Part shown: piece after piece, positions 47,176-55,425 of the stretch
Numbering within the stretch: position 1 is the stretch's first letter
Layout of the letters: every line of letters begins with the position of its first letter
NCBI GenBank assembly: GCA_964595455.1
Contig: CAZQQL010000002.1
Coordinates: 725 to 64,724 of the forward strand
DNA: 64,000 nucleotides
Direction of reading: 5' to 3'
DNA from: an uncultured Dehalococcoidaceae bacterium
GTDB lineage: Bacteria > Chloroflexota > Dehalococcoidia > Dehalococcoidales > RBG-16-60-22
Notes under the pieces: generated by a model
What the model was told of the DNA's origin: nothing
What the model saw: the letters and a program-made list of their open reading frames with translations, nothing else
Databases searched by the model: none
Position numbers and translations under genes: made by a program

Positions 47176-47218
47176 TTGACAACGGGCTGGCACGAAAATA
47201 TAATGTACGCAAAGGGAC
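47176..47218 (+). promoter_or_regulatory. promoter plus conserved leader box, copy B
   Basis: TTGACA (47176-47181), 17-nt spacer, TATAAT (47199-47204), then GTACGCAAAGGGAC. Confidence 0.5.
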
Positions 47219-47372
47219 ATATAGAGACCCTAAAGGAAATAACAAAATAATAAGCCAGTCAACAATCCCCCTCCACTCTTGAAAATGACCGCGGATGGTT
47301 GGTTCTCACCAGTCCCGCACAATGTTCCTGACTATTGAAAAAAGGGAGAATTGTCCCTGAAAGGAGGCACGA

Positions 47373-47795
47373 TTGAACGAACAGGTAATCATTGTCCACC
47401 GCTGTAGCGTGTGCAGCTCTCTCGTTACCATGTTATGCCGCCCGATCGAGAGGTTCTCCTGCCCGGTATGCGGAAAAAGAGCTTTTTGTCGCCCCAAACC
47501 AGCGGCTGTTAACCACGGCAGAAATTCTACGCCGATTGAGGTCATGATGAAACAGACAATATCGTATGAAAGCTATCGTGAATACCTGCTGGCATTTCTC
47601 AGGGAAGCTGATGATGATCTCGCGGAAAAAAGAAAGAGGTTTACCACCTTCCTTCATATGGACCAGCAAGACCTCGACCATAATTCGGATTTCGTAAGCT
47701 TCCTTGTCGCGACGACCGATGAACTCATCGATCGCGCTGCCAGACTCAATTCCATGGCCAGGACCATGGCGCTTGCCGGTACGGACGCTGCGTAA
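47373..47795 (+). CDS. zinc-ribbon protein with helical C-terminal domain (140 aa)
   Basis: TTG start 5 nt after AAAGGAGG. CSVC..(17)..CPVC zinc ribbon. No family recognised. Confidence 0.5.
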   Translation: MNEQVIIVHRCSVCSSLVTMLCRPIERFSCPVCGKRAFCRPKPAAVNHGRNSTPIEVMMKQTISYESYREYLLAFLREADDDLAEKRKRFTTFLHMDQQDLDHNSDFVSFLVATTDELIDRAARLNSMARTMALAGTDAA

Positions 47796-47948
47796 GTCTC
47801 TTTTTTTACCGTAAAGCTTACGCGAGCGGACAACGAATGTACGCGATAGCGACACAAAAGGAGGTGATGACTATCGGTAGCAACAAAATTCAAGGTTGAC
47901 CCCCGGTTGTTCTCATTCTCATCTATTGAACAGGAGGGAAGAAAAGTA

Positions 47949-50900
47949 ATGAAGAAGACCAAATATCCAAAATGGTCGCGCCTGCTGATTGCAGCGCTGG
48001 TGCTCGTGACCCTGCTCATGACGGCGCCGGCGGCCATTCTTGCTCAGGACAACAACAGCACTTCCTGTTGCCCTGACTACTGCAAGCTCCAGGTAAACAT
48101 TGTGATACCTGATTGCGTCCAGCCTTTGCCGCCTGAAGAAGGCTGTCCATGCGACGTCATTTGCGATTACTATGAAGGCAATCCCTGCGTCTGGGTTTAC
48201 GAGGGTGAAACCTTCTGGGTAAACGCTACCGTCGCCAGGCCGGACAATATGGGCGACGCCATCGAGAACGTCTACGCCGGCATCTGCCTTGCAGGCGGCT
48301 TCCGGCCGGCTTTCACCGTGGAAGAAGCTGTGATGATCGATGGACCCAACGCCTGCCTCGTTGATTGCTGCCCGGTCCAGGGTCCCTTTACTCTCAACGG
48401 CTGCTTCGACGTCAAGGACATATGGTGGAAGGTCCGCTGTCTTGACGCCGGTCCTGTCTACATCACGGTCAATGCCTGGGTTGGCGAAGAGAATAATGAC
48501 CTTGACGTCATCCAGCAGATTGACGGTGGATGCTACGGTGATTCCGATACCATCGTGGTTAAACAGATCGAACGGCCCGTCGAGTATCCCAACCTCGAGG
48601 TTGAGATAATCGAGTGCCCGGACTTGCCCGTAATGCCCGGTGATATCTATGGTGTCAAAGCCCGCGTCTGGAACCGCACCGATCAGCAGATCGACTGCGT
48701 CTGGGCGTACATCGATATCTGCGGCCCGGCCGAGCTTACCAGCAGCAATCCTTTCTTCTGGTATGCCGGCAACATCCGGGCCAACTCTTCTGTAGAGGTC
48801 GCCTGGATGGTGCGGTGCACCGGAGACCAGTTCCCGCTCGGCGTTAACAACCTCGATTCCGCTCCATACTATAGCAACGGCGATGTCAAGATATGCGTCG
48901 ATGCCTGGTACTGGGGCCAATGGAAATACAATGAAACCAAAGCCGATTGCTGTTGTGTGCACCAGATAGTACCGGCGCAGTTACTCGCCACCCTCACCTC
49001 CTCCGTGGAGAAAGTCTGCACTGAGTGCGACAACTGCTTCGATGTTACCCTCGATGTCACCAACCTTTCCCGCTACATCCCCGTTGAGGAAATCGTGGCT
49101 GAACTCCACATCGAAGGCGAAGCTTTCATCAACAACAGCGCTCTGGTCCCGTTGAACACTATCTCCTGCAACGGCGCCACTTCCTACACCTGGCAGGTCT
49201 GCTGTGAAGATGTGGGCGATGTTTACCTCTGGGCGAGCCTGACCGGATATGATCCCGTGTTCGATTGCCAGGTCTGCGCTGAAACGAACCCCGCCTACGT
49301 CAGCCAGGAATACCCGCTCATGGTGACCGTCCAGGAACCATTCCCTTACTCGCAGATAAGCGTCGGACAGACGTTTGAATTCACCTATCGCGTGACCAAC
49401 TGTCAGGATGACGGCGATGAAATGGACGGCATCTGGGTCGGCCTTGACCTGCGTGACGCCCATTGCGTTACGCCGGCCAGTCTGGTTGTCCAGGTGGTTC
49501 CTGATTGTACCACCGGCATTCAGCCCTTCACGATTCAGGCCGCTCCTCTCGGGAATTGCTCGAACATCTATGAAGCGTACCTCGACTGCATGATGGACTG
49601 CTGCTGGGCGGACATCACCTGGCAGTTGACCTGCACCTGCTCCGGCATGTGCGATCTCCCGATGCCGCAGCCCACAATCACGACTGTCACCGTCGATTCT
49701 GTCCCGAACGGCGGGTTCCCGGATAGCTGCGGTGACTGTGTACCCGTTTGCCCTGATGACATCCTTGGCTACGCCTATGTCGGCGATCGCGCTGAAGCCG
49801 CATGTGGAACAGGGTTCTACGAGGATGGACTGGTTGATTACTGGACAACCACCATTCGTCATGGCGGCGCGGGCGGTTACCGTGCTGAACTCGGGTACGG
49901 TCCCGGAGACCGCGAAGAATACTTTACCGGCGGCTCGGTCCCCTGGCCGAACGGTGATCCCATGCATGTCATCCTCGAGTACGATGATGACGATGGGGAA
50001 GCCGAACTGACCGTCTACAATACCGTGTTCGGTGATGACCCGGTCGAACTCGAGTATGATGTGGACGGCGCCGGCGGCAGGATCGTCATGACCGCCAAGA
50101 CCAGCAATAATCAATATGGTGTTGTCGAAGCCTACAACATCGAACTCAATGGCCTGCCTCTGGCCGGCTGCAGGGAAAACGGCTGCTATGAACTCTATGC
50201 CCAGGGCACCGGTTATCCGGGTGAAGGGGCCCGCGACGTGCAGCACATGGTCATCGACTGCATCGACGGCAGCTTCCTCCTTGAGTTCGACCTCCTCTTC
50301 GCCTGGGACGGCAATACCGCTGATGAAGGCCCGGCCCTCACCATCAACGTCGAAGATGCGGAAGTCGTAGATTGCTTCTTCGTCGGCGACTACGATACCG
50401 TGACCGTTCATCAGATGGACCCTCCGTGCCTCGCTGCTTCTATCGACGCTTATGAAGGCGCCTTCAGCGTCGGCAACTTCGAATGCATGACCTCCGTCAA
50501 ACGCTCCAGCGATGCGGCTGTCGCCGTCGGTGAATACTTCACCGTCGTCGTGCCCGTCGCCAATACCGGCGAAGCTACCGCGGAAGACGTCTGCGTCAGC
50601 CTCGCTGCCAACGGTCCGGCTTACCTCGTCAGCGGCAACCTGACCGTTTGCCTCGGTGACATCCCGTGCCACGGCGCCGCTAAGGCCGTCTGGGAGTTCC
50701 AGTGCTGCGGCGAAGGCGCCATGGGATTCACCATCGGCAGCCTGATCGGCTCCGATGCCAATTCCGGTCTGCCGATTGCCGGCAACTGTCTCGATACCGG
50801 CTGTGCCATCTACGTCGACCAGATCCCGTTGACGGTGGAAGTAATTCAGCCTGCCAACTGCACCGAATTCATCGAGGGCGATGCTTTCTCCGTCAAAGCC

Positions 50901-52583
50901 CGCATCTGCAACAACAGCACATTGGGCATCTCCCTGGATGATGTCTATGCCGCGCTTTGCTGGTTCGGCGAAGGCGATATCGCTCTGAACTTTGGTCAGT
51001 GGAACCCTGTTTGCCTGGACACACTCTCCCCCGGAGAATGCGCTGAGGCTACCTGGCAGGTCTACTGCTGCAAGGCCGGCGATGTCACCTTCAAGATCGA
51101 TGTCTGGAACGCCTGTGATCCCTACCTCGACATCGAATCCTGTCCCGTCACTATCCACCAGTTCGAACCCGGCCGCATTTGCTGCCACATCCTGTCTCCG
51201 AAACTGAACGACTACGACGAATGCTACGAGTTCTGTGAGTATGAAGCCTACATCGCTACCGGCCAGGAATTCGCTGTCACTGCCAAGTTCTACAACTCCG
51301 GCGACCGCGCCTTCTGGATCGAGGACTTCGGTCTGGCTGCCTGGGATGATGGCGACATCGATATTCTCGGCGACCCGCAAGCGAACTGGCCCGATCCGGC
51401 AAATCCCTATCGCCTTATGCCGAGAGAATCCGTGATCATCAGCTGGGACGTGGTTTGCACCGATGCTGGTGACACCGACCTGAAAGTCTGGGTCGAAGGT
51501 TCTGACGACATGAACGGCCAGGACAGCTGCTGCTCCGAGGTGAGGATCATGCAGTATCCCGCGGCCCATCTGGTCGTCGATATAACCGACTATCCGATTG
51601 AAGACATCGAAGTTGGTTCCGATTTCTCGGTGACCGCCAGTGTCTGCAATACCGGCGATGCTGACGCCTGGGAAGTCAAAGCGACCCTTTCCGTTAACCC
51701 CGCCGGCAGCGTGCGCCTCAGCGACGCTGATGCCACCGGCAGCTATACCAAGGACCTCGGCAACCTCATCGGCCACTCTGTCAACGAATGTGATGAGGCA
51801 ACCTGGGTTCTCAACTGCAAGGAAGCCTGCAACAGTACCATCACCATAACCGCAACCGGTTACGATGAATACGGGTATGAAGTGTTCCAGGTTTGTGGGA
51901 CCGGAGTCATCGGTACCGAGAACCCTGGCTTCTACCAGATAACCTGCTGTGAACTCCAGCTTGCCGGCAACCCCGGCGCGGAAATCCCGTCCCGGTTCAT
52001 CGAGCCGGACAGCGTCACCGTCAAGCAGGTTGGTGAAGGCGGCGAGGATCCCATCGAGCCTCCGGAAACCGAATTCATCGCACTTGGCGAAGGCTGGAAC
52101 CTCGTCTCCATGCCGTGGTACATCGAACCGTGCGATCGCGCCTGCGCTGCTCTGCTCGTTGATATCATCGACTGCGTGGATGCCGTCTACTACTACGATG
52201 AAGTGACCCGCACCTTCAAGGCCTACTTCCCGCATGAAGACCCGCTGGCCAGCAACCTGGCCGCCATCTGTGATGGTCCCGGCTACTGGTTCCTCATGAA
52301 CGATGATTGCGATCTCTGCATTGAAGGTAGTCTCTTCCCCGGAGGCGGCGGCGCTCCTCCCACCTACTTTGTCGGCGCTACCGGCTTCAGCCTCATCGGC
52401 CCGAGGATCGGTGATGAACCCATGCTTTGCTCTGAATGGCTCGAAGGTCTCAGCTACGGCATGGTACTGGGCTTCGATAACGAAGCCAATGCCTACTACA
52501 TCATCGACCCCGAAGAAGACATGGTCTACCCCGGCCAGGGCTACTGGGTATTCTTCACGGCTACTGGCGAACGAACACAGTAA
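47949..52583 (+). CDS. giant secreted Cys-rich repeat protein (1544 aa; CARDB/Ig-like modules; shared C-terminal module)
   Basis: ATG preceded by AGGAGGG. Signal peptide MKKTKYPKWSRLLIAALVLVTLLMTAPAAILA. At least eight modules end in W.[VL].C..(A)G.: IWWKVRCLDAG, VAWMVRCTG, YTWQVCCEDVG, ITWQLTCTCSG, AVWEFQCCGEG, ATWQVYCCKAG, IISWDVVCTDAG, ATWVLNCKEAC. They are preceded by V.N.G...A-type strands (e.g. VTASVCNTGDADAWEV). Confidence 0.7.
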   Translation: MKKTKYPKWSRLLIAALVLVTLLMTAPAAILAQDNNSTSCCPDYCKLQVNIVIPDCVQPLPPEEGCPCDVICDYYEGNPCVWVYEGETFWVNATVARPDNMGDAIENVYAGICLAGGFRPAFTVEEAVMIDGPNACLVDCCPVQGPFTLNGCFDVKDIWWKVRCLDAGPVYITVNAWVGEENNDLDVIQQIDGGCYGDSDTIVVKQIERPVEYPNLEVEIIECPDLPVMPGDIYGVKARVWNRTDQQIDCVWAYIDICGPAELTSSNPFFWYAGNIRANSSVEVAWMVRCTGDQFPLGVNNLDSAPYYSNGDVKICVDAWYWGQWKYNETKADCCCVHQIVPAQLLATLTSSVEKVCTECDNCFDVTLDVTNLSRYIPVEEIVAELHIEGEAFINNSALVPLNTISCNGATSYTWQVCCEDVGDVYLWASLTGYDPVFDCQVCAETNPAYVSQEYPLMVTVQEPFPYSQISVGQTFEFTYRVTNCQDDGDEMDGIWVGLDLRDAHCVTPASLVVQVVPDCTTGIQPFTIQAAPLGNCSNIYEAYLDCMMDCCWADITWQLTCTCSGMCDLPMPQPTITTVTVDSVPNGGFPDSCGDCVPVCPDDILGYAYVGDRAEAACGTGFYEDGLVDYWTTTIRHGGAGGYRAELGYGPGDREEYFTGGSVPWPNGDPMHVILEYDDDDGEAELTVYNTVFGDDPVELEYDVDGAGGRIVMTAKTSNNQYGVVEAYNIELNGLPLAGCRENGCYELYAQGTGYPGEGARDVQHMVIDCIDGSFLLEFDLLFAWDGNTADEGPALTINVEDAEVVDCFFVGDYDTVTVHQMDPPCLAASIDAYEGAFSVGNFECMTSVKRSSDAAVAVGEYFTVVVPVANTGEATAEDVCVSLAANGPAYLVSGNLTVCLGDIPCHGAAKAVWEFQCCGEGAMGFTIGSLIGSDANSGLPIAGNCLDTGCAIYVDQIPLTVEVIQPANCTEFIEGDAFSVKARICNNSTLGISLDDVYAALCWFGEGDIALNFGQWNPVCLDTLSPGECAEATWQVYCCKAGDVTFKIDVWNACDPYLDIESCPVTIHQFEPGRICCHILSPKLNDYDECYEFCEYEAYIATGQEFAVTAKFYNSGDRAFWIEDFGLAAWDDGDIDILGDPQANWPDPANPYRLMPRESVIISWDVVCTDAGDTDLKVWVEGSDDMNGQDSCCSEVRIMQYPAAHLVVDITDYPIEDIEVGSDFSVTASVCNTGDADAWEVKATLSVNPAGSVRLSDADATGSYTKDLGNLIGHSVNECDEATWVLNCKEACNSTITITATGYDEYGYEVFQVCGTGVIGTENPGFYQITCCELQLAGNPGAEIPSRFIEPDSVTVKQVGEGGEDPIEPPETEFIALGEGWNLVSMPWYIEPCDRACAALLVDIIDCVDAVYYYDEVTRTFKAYFPHEDPLASNLAAICDGPGYWFLMNDDCDLCIEGSLFPGGGGAPPTYFVGATGFSLIGPRIGDEPMLCSEWLEGLSYGMVLGFDNEANAYYIIDPEEDMVYPGQGYWVFFTATGERTQ

Positions 52584-52609
52584 ACAAATAATCCGAGGAG
52601 GGTGCAACA

Positions 52610-54382
52610 ATGAATTGGAACCTGTACAAAACCCGCACACCGGGCACCCGGAGAACGCTGGCAGGAGCCCTCGTGCTCCTGCTGGCCCTCGGATTGCTGG
52701 TCGCTTCCGCAATCCCTGTGCTGGGTGTATCTCTGGACCCGGGACACACATTCTATGGAGTGGCAACCATCAATGGAGCGGCGGCTGCTGACGGAGCGCT
52801 GGTGGAAGCTAAGATTGGGGCCACCGTCATGGCCTCGGCCTATGTTGACGAAGATACCGTCGCCGGACAGTACTGGCTCATGGTCCCTAAGGATGACAGC
52901 CAGACTGCCGAGAAAGACGGCGGCGTCCAGGGCGATACCGTTGACTTCTACGTCGACGGCACCTGGGCGGCCAGCTATATCTTCTTCAATCCGGATGACT
53001 CGACTACCGGCTACGAAATGAGCACGCGTGTCGACCTCGCCGTAACCGCCGCCGAACCGGAAACCTATACCCTCACCGTGACCTCCACCGGCTGCTGCAC
53101 GATCACCGTGGAAGACCCCTACGTGGTGATCGGCACGATAGCCGCCGGGGATACTGACGACTTCGTCCTGGATGAGGACACGGTCGTTACTCTCATCGCC
53201 AATATCACTACCACTTGTCAGTTCGACGGCTGGACCGTGGATGGCGTTGACTGCGCCAACAATCCTACTACCGTCACCATGGATGCCGACCATACGGTAG
53301 TCGCCTATTGCACCACCGTCGAACCCCCCGTGACCTACGAACTCTATATAGAATCGATCGGTTGTGGTGATATCGCTATGACAGTGGGAAGCTTCACGTT
53401 GATGATCCCCGGAGGAACAAGCTCCACTCATGATGTAGCAGAAGGAGCAGTTGTTGAACTCGAGGTCGTCAATACCGATACCTGCCAGTTCGACGAATGG
53501 ATCGTCGATGAAGTCGCCACTACTGATAATCCTGTTTACATCACCATGGATAGTGACCACAGTGCTACAGGCTATTCTACAACGGTCGAACCACCTGTCA
53601 CCTACGAACTTACGGTTACATCAGTCGGCTGCTGTCCGGTGACCATCTCCTGGTGCGATACCTGTTCCGAGACAGTCAACACTTACAATACCAAAACACT
53701 GGAGTTCAATGAAGGAACGGTCGTCACCCTCACTGCCGGGTGCAGTACGTACTGCGAATTCATCAACTGGGTGGTGGATGGTGTTGGCGTCTACGATAAT
53801 CCCATCACTGTTACCATGGACGCCGACCACAACGTCACCTCCTGCTGCCAGATCACCGGCGTGGTTATCAATCAGGTCTATCTGAAATGCGGCTGGAACA
53901 CGTTCTCAGTGCCGATCCTCCTTGACGAAGCGATCGATACCTGGGGCGAATTCATCGAATTCAACGACCTGGATATCGGCTTGTTCCTCTCATACGATCC
54001 GATAGCCAAAGCCTGGATCCCTGGGGATCTGGCTACACCGCTGAAGCCGCTGGATGGTTACTACGTCTACATGAACGACCCCGGCTACGCGAAAATCGTT
54101 CCGAACACGAATGGCTCGGATTATCCGGTGAAAACACTGCAGCCCGGTCTCAATCTCGTCGGTGTGGCAACACTGCATGACGAGATCAGCATCTACGAAT
54201 TCCTGTATATCACGGACTGGGAGGTGATCTTGAGCCCGTACATCAATTCTTCCGGTTGGACCGAGGCTTTCAGGACATACGAATACACCGAAACGCCGAT
54301 GGTGGAAATGGGCCGCGCCTACTGGGTCTACATGGAAACCACGGATGATCTCCTCGGCTTGACCTCGACACCTGTCAACTAG
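52610..54382 (+). CDS. secreted protein with three InlB-B-repeat-like modules and the shared C-terminal module (590 aa)
   Basis: SD GAGGAGGG. N-terminal signal/TM. Three ~90-aa repeats: TY.L.[VI].S.GC......, then G..V.L.A......C.F..W.VDG....NP..[VI]TMD.DH. The C-terminus aligns with that of the giant protein (GWN..S.P, GY[WY]V.M). Confidence 0.7.
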   Translation: MNWNLYKTRTPGTRRTLAGALVLLLALGLLVASAIPVLGVSLDPGHTFYGVATINGAAAADGALVEAKIGATVMASAYVDEDTVAGQYWLMVPKDDSQTAEKDGGVQGDTVDFYVDGTWAASYIFFNPDDSTTGYEMSTRVDLAVTAAEPETYTLTVTSTGCCTITVEDPYVVIGTIAAGDTDDFVLDEDTVVTLIANITTTCQFDGWTVDGVDCANNPTTVTMDADHTVVAYCTTVEPPVTYELYIESIGCGDIAMTVGSFTLMIPGGTSSTHDVAEGAVVELEVVNTDTCQFDEWIVDEVATTDNPVYITMDSDHSATGYSTTVEPPVTYELTVTSVGCCPVTISWCDTCSETVNTYNTKTLEFNEGTVVTLTAGCSTYCEFINWVVDGVGVYDNPITVTMDADHNVTSCCQITGVVINQVYLKCGWNTFSVPILLDEAIDTWGEFIEFNDLDIGLFLSYDPIAKAWIPGDLATPLKPLDGYYVYMNDPGYAKIVPNTNGSDYPVKTLQPGLNLVGVATLHDEISIYEFLYITDWEVILSPYINSSGWTEAFRTYEYTETPMVEMGRAYWVYMETTDDLLGLTSTPVN

Positions 54383-54397
54383 ACTGAAAAAAGAAAT

Positions 54398-54424
54398 CCG
54401 GGGGCTCCTCTATGGAGCCCCCGG
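54398..54424 (+). other. intercistronic 11-bp stem-loop
   Basis: CCGGGGGCTCC-TCTAT-GGAGCCCCCGG with no U-tract. It is followed by AAGGAGG and the ATG at 54443. Confidence 0.4.
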
Positions 54425-54442
54425 AAACCATAAGGAGGCAAT

Positions 54443-55225
54443 ATGTTGAAAAGACGGATTCTCTTGCCACTTGCTGTCACGATCTGCCTGGTGCTGTTCG
54501 CCGCCGGACTGGTACAGGCCTCATCTCCCCTGGAGGCTCCTCAGTTCCATGCATTCGGGGGCGATGTGACCATCAACGGCAGTCCCGCACCCATAGGGAC
54601 GGAGGTCAAAGGAGTGGCTGAAGGGGTTATTCTCGGTTCCAGGTTCGGGAATCCCAGGATCACCAATGTCGTAGGAAAATACGGTCAGTCCGATGCCAAC
54701 AAACTTGTGGTGCAGGGGTTGCAAAACGGAGACGCTATCAAGTTCTACGTCAATGGCGTTGAAGCCGACCAGACTGCGGTTTTTTCTTCCATGGGGATTT
54801 CCACCCTTGACCTCACCGTCACGATAGAAGAAGGTTCCGGTGGTGGCGGTGGTGGTGGCGGTAGTTCTTCCGGCGGCAGCGGCGTCGATGAAACCCCGAC
54901 TACTACCCAGGCCGCGGCAACGACTTCGACTGGCGCCACGCAAACGACATCCGGCGTAACGACGACATCCGTATCGTCCGGCCCAACCGATACCCAGCCT
55001 GCCCAGACGACAAAGTCCGTGGTTGGTCCGGTCCAGACTACGCAGTCCGGAGCGGAACAGGGCCAGATAGCCGGGGTGACCACTACCCCCGCTTCCACTC
55101 AAGCCGCCCCGTCTGGCAGTGACACCGGCGATGGCCCCAACTGGTGGCTCATCGGCGGAATCATCGGGTTCGCGTTCGTGGCGGGGTCCGGCTGGTTTGT
55201 CGTTCGTCACGTACGGCGGTACTAG
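54443..55225 (+). CDS. secreted protein with Gly-run, Thr/Ser/Gln-rich linker and C-terminal TM anchor (260 aa)
   Basis: Signal peptide. The N-terminal domain is homologous to that of the 590-aa protein (F.G.VTING..A..G..V ... GD.[IV].FYV.G). Then GSGGGGGGGGSSSGGSG, a T/S/Q-rich stretch, and finally WWLIGGIIGFAFVAGSGWFVVRHVRRY. Confidence 0.65.
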   Translation: MLKRRILLPLAVTICLVLFAAGLVQASSPLEAPQFHAFGGDVTINGSPAPIGTEVKGVAEGVILGSRFGNPRITNVVGKYGQSDANKLVVQGLQNGDAIKFYVNGVEADQTAVFSSMGISTLDLTVTIEEGSGGGGGGGGSSSGGSGVDETPTTTQAAATTSTGATQTTSGVTTTSVSSGPTDTQPAQTTKSVVGPVQTTQSGAEQGQIAGVTTTPASTQAAPSGSDTGDGPNWWLIGGIIGFAFVAGSGWFVVRHVRRY

Positions 55226-55236
55226 CCGTGGAGACA

Positions 55237-55283
55237 GTCGAGGGGGGCTGCCAGCCCCCCGGCCGCAGCGCTCCCCCCTCGAC
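55237..55283 (+). terminator. GC-rich hairpin at the end of the surface-protein operon
   Basis: GTCGAGGGGGG (55237-55247) pairs with CCCCCCTCGAC (55273-55283). Followed by a moderately T-rich GTCCCGTTGGTTATTAT. Confidence 0.35.
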
Positions 55284-55425
55284 GTCCCGTTGGTTATTAT
55301 ACACCTCATGCAGGAGATTGAGCAGGGTGTTGTCATCCCGGAACCCGATGTTAGGACGGAGGACCTGTCATCATCATGCCCGGTAGGAAAATGGTTAGAC
55401 CTGGGCGGTACCGGCCATTCTTCCC

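Noticed and set aside
42300-47900. Interpreting the XRE/ImmA region as a prophage or ICE regulatory module.
   Set aside because: No integrase, recombinase, excisionase, replication, conjugation or phage structural genes, and no att-like flanks, are visible in the window. A housekeeping cysK sits in the middle of the region.
48981-52766. 1261-aa ORF on the minus strand opposite the giant surface-protein gene. Similar long antisense ORFs occur at 47919..48962, 52541..53560, 54521..55471 and 55789..56586.
   Set aside because: Translations are Gly/Arg/Ala/Asp-rich, low-complexity and without motifs. The plus-strand genes have SDs, signal peptides and repeat structure. These are typical shadow ORFs of GC-rich coding sequence.
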